Positions 8,896 to 16,516 of a stretch of 64,000 bases of DNA are shown here, one piece after another. Source of the DNA: an uncultured Eubacteriales bacterium (GTDB lineage Bacteria > Bacillota > Clostridia > Oscillospirales > CAG-382); assembly GCA_934502885.1 (NCBI GenBank), contig CAKSUT010000007.1:2951-66950 (forward strand). The letters are read 5' to 3'. The translations under genes and the position numbers were made by a program. Positions within the stretch are counted from its first letter, which is position 1. Every line of letters begins with the position of its first letter. The notes under the pieces were generated by a model. That model did no database searches, was not told the origin of the DNA, and saw only the letters and a program-made list of their open reading frames with translations.

Positions 8896-10719
8896 ATGAT
8901 AAGAAACGATTTGAGAAACATCGCCATAGTCGCACACGTTGACCACGGCAAGACCACGCTCGTTGACGAAATGCTCAAGCAGAGCGGCACGTTTCGCGAA
9001 AACCAGGTTGTCGAAGACAGAGTCATGGACAGCAACGACCTCGAACGTGAAAGAGGAATTACAATTCTTGCAAAGAACACGTCTCTCGTGTACAAAGATA
9101 TAAAGATAAACGTTGTAGACACCCCCGGACATGCCGATTTCGGCGGCGAAGTTGAGCGTATACTCAAGATGGTAAACGGAGTCATCCTTCTTGTTGACGC
9201 TTTCGAGGGTACTATGCCTCAGACGAGATTCGTTCTCCAGAAGGCTCTTGAGATGGGACACAAGGTCATAATCTGCGTAAACAAAGTTGACCGTCCCGGC
9301 GCAAGAGTATATGAGGTTGTGGACGAGGTTCTTGAGCTTTTCATCTCCCTCGACGCAAACGACGACCAGATAGACAGTCCCGTTGTGTTCTGCTCCGGCA
9401 GAAACGGCACGGCTTCCCTCTCCCCCGACAGTCAGGACAGCGACCTCCGTGCGCTCTTCGAGACGATAATCAACCACATTCCGGCTCCCGACGTTGACCT
9501 TGACGCACCGGCTCAGATGCTTGTTTCGTCGATAGACTACAACGAATACGTCGGCAGAATAGCTCTCGGCCGTGTCGAAAGAGGTATAATCAAGAGAAAC
9601 GAGGACGTTGTGGTCACAAACTTCAACGGTGCTCACGACGACTACAGCGCAAAGATTGCCTCGATGTTCACGATAGAGGGACTTAAGCGTGTTCCGGCAG
9701 AAGAGGTAAAGGCGGGAGACATCGTATGTATCTCGGGTATTGAGGGCATAACGATAGGCGACACCATATGCGACGCAAACGCCGTCGAGGCTCTTCCCTT
9801 TGTAAAGATTTCCGAACCGACACTTGAAATGACCTTCTCAGTAAACGATTCCCCGTTCGCAGGCACCGAGGGCAAGTACTGCACCTCGCGCCACCTCAGA
9901 GAAAGACTTTACCGCGAGCTTCTCAAGGACGTTTCTCTCAGAGTCAGCGACACAGAGTCCACCGAGAGCTTCAAGGTTGCCGGCAGAGGAGAGATGCACC
10001 TCTCGATACTCATAGAGACTATGCGCCGTGAGGGCTACGAATTTCAGGTAAGCGCACCGAAGGTTCTTTACAAGGAGACCGACGAGGGCATAATGGAGCC
10101 TCTTGAAGAGGTTACGTGCGAGGTTCCGACCGATTACATGGGTTCGGTAATGGAAAAGCTCGGCTCGAGAAAGGGAGAGCTTAAGGATATGCAGCCGCAG
10201 GGCGACACACGCATGAAGCTCACCTTCTCCATTCCGACAAGAGGTCTCTTCGGCTACAGAAACGAATTTCTCACCGATACCAGAGGCGAGGGTATCATAA
10301 GCTCGATTTTCGAGGGCTACACGCCTTACAAGGGCGAAATTCCGAAGCGCGTCACCGGTTCTCTCATCGCTTACGAAACGGGCAAGACAACCGCTTACGG
10401 CATATTCAACGCACAGGACAGAGGGCTTATGTTCGTCGAGGCGTCTCAGGACGTATACGAGGGTCAGATTGTCGGCGAATCCCCCAAAACCGACGATATT
10501 GTCGTAAACGTCTGCAAGAAAAAGCACATGACCGCCGTTCGTTCGTCGGGTGCGGACGAAGCTCTCCGTCTTATCACGCCGAAGTTCTTCAGCCTTGAGG
10601 AAGCTATCGAGTACATCAACGACGATGAGCTTATTGAGGTAACTCCCAAGTCGATAAGACTGCGCAAGGCAATTCTCAACAACGTAAACCGTGCAAAGTT
10701 CAACGCAAAGAACAAATAA
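8896..10719 (+). CDS. typA: translational GTPase TypA/BipA
   Basis: Start ATG 8896 (GGAG SD), inside the listed 8821 ORF. IRNIAIVAHVDHGKTTLVD, DTPGHADFGGEVER, NKVDR; 607 aa. Confidence 0.93.
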   Translation: MIRNDLRNIAIVAHVDHGKTTLVDEMLKQSGTFRENQVVEDRVMDSNDLERERGITILAKNTSLVYKDIKINVVDTPGHADFGGEVERILKMVNGVILLVDAFEGTMPQTRFVLQKALEMGHKVIICVNKVDRPGARVYEVVDEVLELFISLDANDDQIDSPVVFCSGRNGTASLSPDSQDSDLRALFETIINHIPAPDVDLDAPAQMLVSSIDYNEYVGRIALGRVERGIIKRNEDVVVTNFNGAHDDYSAKIASMFTIEGLKRVPAEEVKAGDIVCISGIEGITIGDTICDANAVEALPFVKISEPTLEMTFSVNDSPFAGTEGKYCTSRHLRERLYRELLKDVSLRVSDTESTESFKVAGRGEMHLSILIETMRREGYEFQVSAPKVLYKETDEGIMEPLEEVTCEVPTDYMGSVMEKLGSRKGELKDMQPQGDTRMKLTFSIPTRGLFGYRNEFLTDTRGEGIISSIFEGYTPYKGEIPKRVTGSLIAYETGKTTAYGIFNAQDRGLMFVEASQDVYEGQIVGESPKTDDIVVNVCKKKHMTAVRSSGADEALRLITPKFFSLEEAIEYINDDELIEVTPKSIRLRKAILNNVNRAKFNAKNK

Positions 10720-10824
10720 TACACGTTTCGCAGAGTCTCCCCGTCGATGTTCGTAAATGCCGGCGGGGATATTGCGGACAATCCGGCATATACTTAGTGA
10801 GGAGACTCTTTCGGAGGTAGGATC

Positions 10825-11658
10825 ATGGCGAATTTCATCGAAATACTCAAGAGCATATTCTTAGGCATAGTAGAGGGCATAACCGAATGGCTTCCGATAA
10901 GCAGTACGGGACATATGCTTCTCGTGGACGAATTCATAAAGCTCGGAATGGCGGACGATTTCAAGGAGATGTTCTTTTACGTTATTCAGCTCGGAGCAAT
11001 TCTTGCGGTCGTAATTCTGTTCCGGAACAAGATGTTTCCTTTCAACCTCACCGACAAATCAAAGCCCGTGATAAAAAAGGACATCTTCTCCATGTGGTTC
11101 AAGGTTGTCGTGGCTTGTATACCGGGCGCTGTTGTGACGATACTTTTCGACGATTTCATCGAGGCTCATCTTCACACGCCGTTTGTTATTGCCGCCGCTC
11201 TCATCTTCTACGGCATTGCGTTCATCGTCGTTGAAAACCTCAACAAGAACCGCACGGTGAAGGTCGCCTCACTCTCGGACATTACATACAAAACAGCCTT
11301 TATCATCGGGCTTTTTCAGGTGCTTTCGATAATCCCCGGCACCTCGAGAAGCGGCGCGACCATAATCGGCGCACTCATAATCGGCGTGTCGAGGGTTGCG
11401 GCGGCTGAGTTTACATTCTTTCTCGCAGTACCGGTCATGTTCGGTATGAGCGCACTCAAGCTAATCGGCTTCGGCAGAGCGTTCACGTCCTCGGAAATTA
11501 TCGTGCTTGCGGTCGGAATGATCGTCGCCTTTGCGGTGTCGGTCGCCGTCATAAAATTCCTCATGAGCTATATTAAGAAGCACGACTTCAAGCTCTTCGG
11601 CATTTACAGAATAGTTCTCGGTGCGGCGGTGATTCTCTACTTTGCGCTTGCGCACTGA
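10825..11658 (+). CDS. uppP: undecaprenyl-diphosphate phosphatase
   Basis: GGAGGT SD. GIVEGITEWLPISSTGHMLL and PGTSRSGATI motifs of BacA/UppP; 8 TM helices. Confidence 0.93.
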   Translation: MANFIEILKSIFLGIVEGITEWLPISSTGHMLLVDEFIKLGMADDFKEMFFYVIQLGAILAVVILFRNKMFPFNLTDKSKPVIKKDIFSMWFKVVVACIPGAVVTILFDDFIEAHLHTPFVIAAALIFYGIAFIVVENLNKNRTVKVASLSDITYKTAFIIGLFQVLSIIPGTSRSGATIIGALIIGVSRVAAAEFTFFLAVPVMFGMSALKLIGFGRAFTSSEIIVLAVGMIVAFAVSVAVIKFLMSYIKKHDFKLFGIYRIVLGAAVILYFALAH

Positions 11659-11685
11659 ACTGAAAGTGCATCTCGCTGCATCGAT

Positions 11686-11716
11686 GCGTCTCCTTTCGGA
11701 GGCGCATATTTTTTTG
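11686..11716 (+). terminator. rho-independent terminator after uppP
   Basis: GCGTCTCC-TTTC-GGAGGCGC, then ATATTTTTTT. Confidence 0.8.
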
Positions 11717-11815
11717 CTTTTGGGAATAAAGATTAAACCGTGTACACAACTCTTTGAAACATTTAAACTCACAGAAGGACATCATAAGTTCAAAAATGTG
11801 CTTTTGATTGTGCAA

Positions 11816-11832
11816 AATGCACAATTTTGTGT
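11816..11832. repeat. perfect 7-3-7 palindrome TTGTGCA-AAA-TGCACAA upstream of the EF-G-paralogue promoter
   Basis: Read directly. Its centre is about 37 bp upstream of the -35 hexamer, inside an AT-rich tract. Confidence 0.6.
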
Positions 11833-11857
11833 ATGAAAATATGAGCAGTATTACATA

Positions 11858-11886
11858 TTGCATAAACCGCCGTTTTGGTGTATAAT
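11858..11886 (+). promoter_or_regulatory. sigma-A promoter of the EF-G paralogue
   Basis: TTGCAT (11858-11863), 17 nt, TATAAT (11881-11886); leaves a ~145-nt leader. Confidence 0.55.
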
Positions 11887-12036
11887 ATAAGCAGTTTACG
11901 GAAGAGCATTGAGTTTACTTTACGCGGACAGATTATCCGAGAAAGATATATTTCCGAAAAGACAACTTTCGGGAAAAGTGACTTCCCAAGCTAAATAATT
12001 CAGATGCGAAAAGCATCGCGGAGAGGAGAATTTTCA

Positions 12037-14112
12037 ATGGCAAATTACAGCTCAACAGTTGACAACATAAGGAACGTGGCTCTGCTCGGACACGGCGGCA
12101 ACGGTAAGACGTCGCTCGCAGAGGCTATGCTGTACCTCGCAAAGGAAACAGACAGACTCGGCAAAGTCACGGACGGAAACACAGTGTCCGACTACGATCC
12201 GGAAGAGATCAAGAGGAAATTCTCTCTTTCAACGTCGATAGCTCCCATTAACTGGAAGGGCAAGAAGATAAACATTCTCGACTGCCCCGGATATCTCGAT
12301 TTTGTCGGAGAAGCGATACAGGCTCTCAGAGTCGCCGGCTGCGCTCTTATCGTAATGGACGCAAAGAGCGGCGTTGACGTCGGAAGTGAGCTTGCATGGG
12401 ATTATGCTACCGACGCAGGTGTTCCCAAGGCGTTCTTCATCAACAAGATGGACGACGAAAACGCAAACTTCGGTAAAACCATTGAGGCAATGCGCGAAAA
12501 GTTCGGTCTCGCGGTCTGCCCGATAGCCATTCCGATAATCGTTGACAGAAAGCCTCTCGGCTTTGCGGACCTCGTTGACATGAAGGGTTACGAGTACGTA
12601 AACGACGGCACCGTTAAGCCTCTCGAAATTCCGGCAGGAAGCATGGAAAAGATAGAGACCTTCCGTAATATGCTTATGGAGTCCCTTGCGGAGACCTCGG
12701 ATGAGCTTATGGAAAAGTACTTTGCCGGCGAAGAGTTCACGCTTGAGGAAATGCACAAGGCACTCGGAAGCGGAATCATCGCAGGTACTATAGCACCCGT
12801 TATGGTCGGCTCTTCGACGACTCTCGCAGGCATTACGGCACTCATGGATGTTATAGCGGCGTCGTTCCCCTCTCCTTGCGAGAGAAAGCCCGAAAAGGAC
12901 GCAGACGGCGAGTTTATGCCGACAGGCACGGAGGCTCCGGCTTCGGTATTCGTTTTCAAAACGGTTGCCGACCCGTTTGTAGGCAAGATGTCATACTTCA
13001 AGGTAATGACGGGAAGTCTCAAAAAGGACTCCGTACTTACAAACCTCACCACCGGTCAGCAGGAAAAGTTCGCTCACATATACGTAATGCGCGGCAAAAA
13101 GCAGCTTGAAACGGATGAGCTTTGCTGCGGCGACATAGGCGTCACGACCAAGCTCGTTTACACCAACACCAACGACACACTCGGCGGCACACGTCCGTAC
13201 AAGAAGATAGAATATCCCGAACCGTTCCTCTGCAAGGCTCTCGTGCCGAAAGCAAAGGGCGACGAGGACAAGATTTCCTCCGGCATCTCAAAGCTTCTCG
13301 AAGAGGATCTCACACTTCGTTTCGAGAACAACGCAGAGACAAAGCAGATGCTTCTCTACGGTCTCGGCGAACAGCACCTTGACGTAACCCTCTCGAAGCT
13401 CAAGACCCGTTTCGGCATCTCCATCGACCTTACCTCTCCCATCATCGCATACCGCGAGACGATAAAGAAGAGCGTTCAGGTTGAAGGAAAGCACAAGAAG
13501 CAGTCGGGCGGAAGCGGTCAGTACGGTCACGTAAAGATAACGTTCAGCCCCGGAGAGGCGGCAGGACTCACCTTCACGCAGAGCGTCGTCGGCGGAAGCG
13601 TGCCGAAGGGATACTATCCGGCTGTTGAAAAGGGACTTCTCGAAGCGATGACAAAGGGCGTACTCGCAGGCTACCCGGTTGTAAACCTTGCGGCAGATCT
13701 CTTCGACGGTTCGTATCACCCGGTTGACTCGAACGAAATCTCTTTCAAGCTTGCCGCAAAGCTCGCTTACAAAGAGGGTCTGCCGAAAGCAAATCCCGTT
13801 ATCCTCGAACCTGTAGGCTCGCTGTTCGTAACGGTTCCCGATTCTCTCGTGGGCGACGTTATAGGCGATCTCAACAAGAGAAGAGGACGTGTTATCGGCA
13901 TGACGCCCGACGAAAAGAAGAAGGCGTATACGGTAGTCGAAGCGGAAGTGCCGACCTCGGAAATGAGCGACTACACGATAGTTCTCCGTGCGATGTCTCA
14001 AGGCAGAGGAAAATTCATGTTCAGATTCCTGCGCTATGAGGAAGCTCCGGCAATGATAGCAAACAAGGTCATTGAGGAAGCAAAGAAGCGTGCGGCGGCT
14101 GAAGAAAAATAA
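12037..14112 (+). CDS. elongation factor G paralogue (EF-G-like GTPase), non-canonical G motifs
   Basis: Start ATG 12037 (GGAGAGGAG SD). Five-domain EF-G architecture, 691 aa. G1 GHGGNGKTS, G3 DCPGYLDF (Tyr replaces the catalytic His), G4 NKMD. Not in an rpsL-rpsG-fusA-tuf context. Confidence 0.85.
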   Translation: MANYSSTVDNIRNVALLGHGGNGKTSLAEAMLYLAKETDRLGKVTDGNTVSDYDPEEIKRKFSLSTSIAPINWKGKKINILDCPGYLDFVGEAIQALRVAGCALIVMDAKSGVDVGSELAWDYATDAGVPKAFFINKMDDENANFGKTIEAMREKFGLAVCPIAIPIIVDRKPLGFADLVDMKGYEYVNDGTVKPLEIPAGSMEKIETFRNMLMESLAETSDELMEKYFAGEEFTLEEMHKALGSGIIAGTIAPVMVGSSTTLAGITALMDVIAASFPSPCERKPEKDADGEFMPTGTEAPASVFVFKTVADPFVGKMSYFKVMTGSLKKDSVLTNLTTGQQEKFAHIYVMRGKKQLETDELCCGDIGVTTKLVYTNTNDTLGGTRPYKKIEYPEPFLCKALVPKAKGDEDKISSGISKLLEEDLTLRFENNAETKQMLLYGLGEQHLDVTLSKLKTRFGISIDLTSPIIAYRETIKKSVQVEGKHKKQSGGSGQYGHVKITFSPGEAAGLTFTQSVVGGSVPKGYYPAVEKGLLEAMTKGVLAGYPVVNLAADLFDGSYHPVDSNEISFKLAAKLAYKEGLPKANPVILEPVGSLFVTVPDSLVGDVIGDLNKRRGRVIGMTPDEKKKAYTVVEAEVPTSEMSDYTIVLRAMSQGRGKFMFRFLRYEEAPAMIANKVIEEAKKRAAAEEK

Positions 14113-14123
14113 ATATATACGTA

Positions 14124-14156
14124 AAAACGGGGGGCGGAAAAGCTCCCCGTTTCTTT
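14124..14156 (+). terminator. rho-independent terminator after the EF-G paralogue
   Basis: ACGGGG..loop..CCCCGT, then TTCTTTATT. Confidence 0.7.
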
Positions 14157-14170
14157 ATTGCCAAGCAAAA

Positions 14171-14200
14171 AAGGAAACCGGCGTGCGGCTTCCTTTTTCG
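14171..14200. terminator. second, bidirectional hairpin terminator
   Basis: AAGGAAACCG / CGGCTTCCTT, flanked by A6 on the left and TTTTTCGTTTTT on the right. It serves the convergent minus-strand gene. Confidence 0.6.
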
Positions 14201-14224
14201 TTTTTATGTAACTAATCCGTCGTC

Positions 14225-14998
14225 TCAGTCGTCGAGGGTTCTGAGGAACTCTATGCAGCGGCCGACTTCGCCGAGACCGGTGGGGTCAAGACCTTCGGAC
14301 TCGATAACCATGAGAACGTTGTTTGCATTAGCCCAGTTGCGGATATCCTTGATTACGTTCTTGCCGGAGCCTACGGACAGACCCTTTACGCCGTCGTGAA
14401 CGTGGTCGAAGTTCTTGCATTCGGGAGCGGAGGGGATACCGTCCTTAAGGTGTACGACTCTGATTCTCGACTTGTTCTCTTCGAGGAACTTTACAACGTC
14501 AAGACCTGCGTTAAATGCCCACCATGTATCGATTTCAAGTTCAACCGAGGTCTCCGCCTTTACCATATCCTCGAAAACTATTCCGCAGGAGTTGGGGAAG
14601 AACTCACGGGAGTGGTTGTGGTATCCGAGACGGATTCCGTTCTCCGCAAGCTTCTTCTGAGCGGCGTTGAGGGTATCGATAACCCACTTTGCCTTCTCGG
14701 GAGTGGACCAGTCGCAGCCGGGGACAATGAGGTTGTCACAGCCGATGATCTTGTGATACTTTATTGTATCGTCAATCTTTTCGGGAGTGATCGCGTCCAT
14801 ACCGGTGTGCGTACCGGAACATACGAGACCGAACTCATCGAGCCAAAGCTTTATCTGCTCGGGCATGTAGTCGAAAAATCCGGCAAACTCAACGTACTTG
14901 TAGCTCATCTGCGCTACCTTTTCGAGTGCCATTCTCATGGAGTCCTTGGTGATGTCTCTGAGGGAGTACATCTGAAGACCGTATTCTGTTCTTGCCAT
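14225..14998 (-). CDS. sugar phosphate isomerase/epimerase (xylose-isomerase-like TIM barrel)
   Basis: Start ATG 14998 (AAGAGG SD), inside the listed 15049 ORF. ..YGLQMYSLRD.., VEFAGF, GYHNH, and the VVHLKD pattern of the AP-endonuclease-2/TIM family. Confidence 0.8.
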   Translation of the reverse strand: MARTEYGLQMYSLRDITKDSMRMALEKVAQMSYKYVEFAGFFDYMPEQIKLWLDEFGLVCSGTHTGMDAITPEKIDDTIKYHKIIGCDNLIVPGCDWSTPEKAKWVIDTLNAAQKKLAENGIRLGYHNHSREFFPNSCGIVFEDMVKAETSVELEIDTWWAFNAGLDVVKFLEENKSRIRVVHLKDGIPSAPECKNFDHVHDGVKGLSVGSGKNVIKDIRNWANANNVLMVIESEGLDPTGLGEVGRCIEFLRTLDD

Positions 14999-15037
14999 TT
15001 TGAAATACCTCTTTTCAGTAAAAATCGTTTTTCCACT

Positions 15038-15082
15038 ATACGGAAACATATTCCGTCAGCTAAAAGTATATCATACGGAAAC
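15038..15082. repeat. 10-bp direct repeat ATACGGAAAC x2 (15038-15047, 15073-15082) plus inverted TTCCGT (15051-15056)
   Basis: Read directly. The repeats flank the -10 element and the leader of the 14225-14998 gene. Confidence 0.6.
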
Positions 15083-15093
15083 CCATTTGTCAA
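15065..15093 (-). promoter_or_regulatory. sigma-A promoter (extended -10) of the isomerase/epimerase gene
   Basis: On the minus strand: TTGACA (15093-15088), 17 nt, TGaTATACT (-10 hexamer at 15070-15065). Confidence 0.6.
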
Positions 15094-15155
15094 CCGCAAA
15101 CGCAAATTTTTCCGTTAAAGAATATCATTTTGTCAAACAAGGTGCGTTTCGGACA

Positions 15156-15968
15156 TTATGCGAATATCGTTTTGAGCCAGTCGAGAGCATATCTCACCCA
15201 AACCGCGTCATATTCCGAAGCAAAACTCTTCGTTACGGTATCGGCGTCGCACACCGAAAGTCCGTGACCGCCGACAGGGAAAACGTGAGTCTCAAACGGC
15301 ACCCTCGCCGCGCTGAGAGCCTGAGCCATTGTGAGCGTCTGCTTCACCGACACAACATCGTCCTCCGCCGTGTGCCACATAAAGGTCGGCGGCATATGCT
15401 CCGTTACCGCAAGGTCTGCCGAGAGGTAGTCGTAAAGCTCCGCTCCCTTTTCGCCGGCGGCCTCAAGTGCGTCTTCAAGCCCCTCCTGCTCGCGCATAAC
15501 CGTCAGCGCATACGAAAGCAAAACAGCATTCGGCTTTATGTCGCCGCTCTTTTCACCGCACATTTCGCAGAGCGCACCGTCGTCCCACCTTGCGCCGATA
15601 AGTGCGGCGAGATGTCCGCCGGCAGAAAAGCCTATAACGGCAATTTTATCGGGATTTACCGAGTATTCCCCGCAGTTCTTTCTTATGTGTGCGACGGCGT
15701 GCGCGGTATCGATAAGAGGAATAAACTCTCCGTTTTCGCTGATAATATCGGGTATCAGCGTGTAGTTCAGCACAAAGGCATTATAGCCCTCGGCAAGAAA
15801 CTTCTTGGCAACCGGCTCGGACTCCCTTGCGGAACAATGCGTGTACGCACCGCCGGGAATTATGAGTATCGCGGGTCTGCCGCCCTCCGGCACTCTCTCG
15901 TCGGAAATGTACGTACTGAGAAAAACCTTATCGTTATTGTCGTATATGTATTTTGTTTCGCAGAGCAT
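15156..15968 (-). CDS. alpha/beta hydrolase (esterase/lipase family)
   Basis: IIPGGAYTHCS oxyanion region; nucleophile elbow GFSAGGHLA; C-terminal GGHG; 270 aa; no signal peptide. Confidence 0.8.
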   Translation of the reverse strand: MLCETKYIYDNNDKVFLSTYISDERVPEGGRPAILIIPGGAYTHCSARESEPVAKKFLAEGYNAFVLNYTLIPDIISENGEFIPLIDTAHAVAHIRKNCGEYSVNPDKIAVIGFSAGGHLAALIGARWDDGALCEMCGEKSGDIKPNAVLLSYALTVMREQEGLEDALEAAGEKGAELYDYLSADLAVTEHMPPTFMWHTAEDDVVSVKQTLTMAQALSAARVPFETHVFPVGGHGLSVCDADTVTKSFASEYDAVWVRYALDWLKTIFA

Positions 15969-16080
15969 AGTTCTCTCCCCTTTCCTGTCCGTATTTTACC
16001 ACCGATTTGTTCCGAATTACAACACTTTGCTTTTAATTTTGTGTAAAATTGAATACTATCGAAAATATTTACAAATGCTG

Positions 16081-16124
16081 TTGACAAATGTGTTTTCGCG
16101 GAGTATAATACCCCCATAGGGTAT
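16081..16124 (+). promoter_or_regulatory. csoR-copA promoter with an overlapping CsoR-type operator
   Basis: TTGACA (16081-16086), 17 nt, TATAAT (16104-16109). The inverted repeat ATACCC-N5-GGGTAT (16108-16124) starts in the -10 element. Confidence 0.7.
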
Positions 16125-16142
16125 ATGAAACGAGGTGCTACG

Positions 16143-16472
16143 ATGAACGGCGAAAACAACGAAAAATGTGAGTGCGAATGCAAATGCCGACACAGAACGT
16201 CTGAAAGAGACAGCGAAGAGTACAAACGGCTTATGAACAGACTCAACCGAATCGAGGGACAGATACGCGGCATAAAGGGAATGCTTGAGCGCAACGAATA
16301 CTGCATAGACATACTCACCCAGACCGCCGCCGTCAATGCCGCTCTTTCGGCGTTCAGCCGTGAAATACTTACAACGCACATAAAAACCTGCGTTGCCGAC
16401 GGCATAAGGAGGGGTCACGCGGAAGAAGTATCGGAGGAGCTGTCCGAGGTTTTGAGAAAGCTTTTGAAGTAA
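16143..16472 (+). CDS. csoR: CsoR family copper-sensing transcriptional repressor
   Basis: Start ATG 16143 (GAGGTG SD). [26 protein letters not shown] with the C-H-C metal-ligand pattern. Extra N-terminal CECECKC tract. Confidence 0.88.
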   Translation: MNGENNEKCECECKCRHRTSERDSEEYKRLMNRLNRIEGQIRGIKGMLERNEYCIDILTQTAAVNAALSAFSREILTTHIKTCVADGIRRGHAEEVSEELSEVLRKLLK

Positions 16473-16516
16473 TACGGACAGCATACAAGAGTCATTTCAC
16501 AAAGGAGAGTGAAAAT

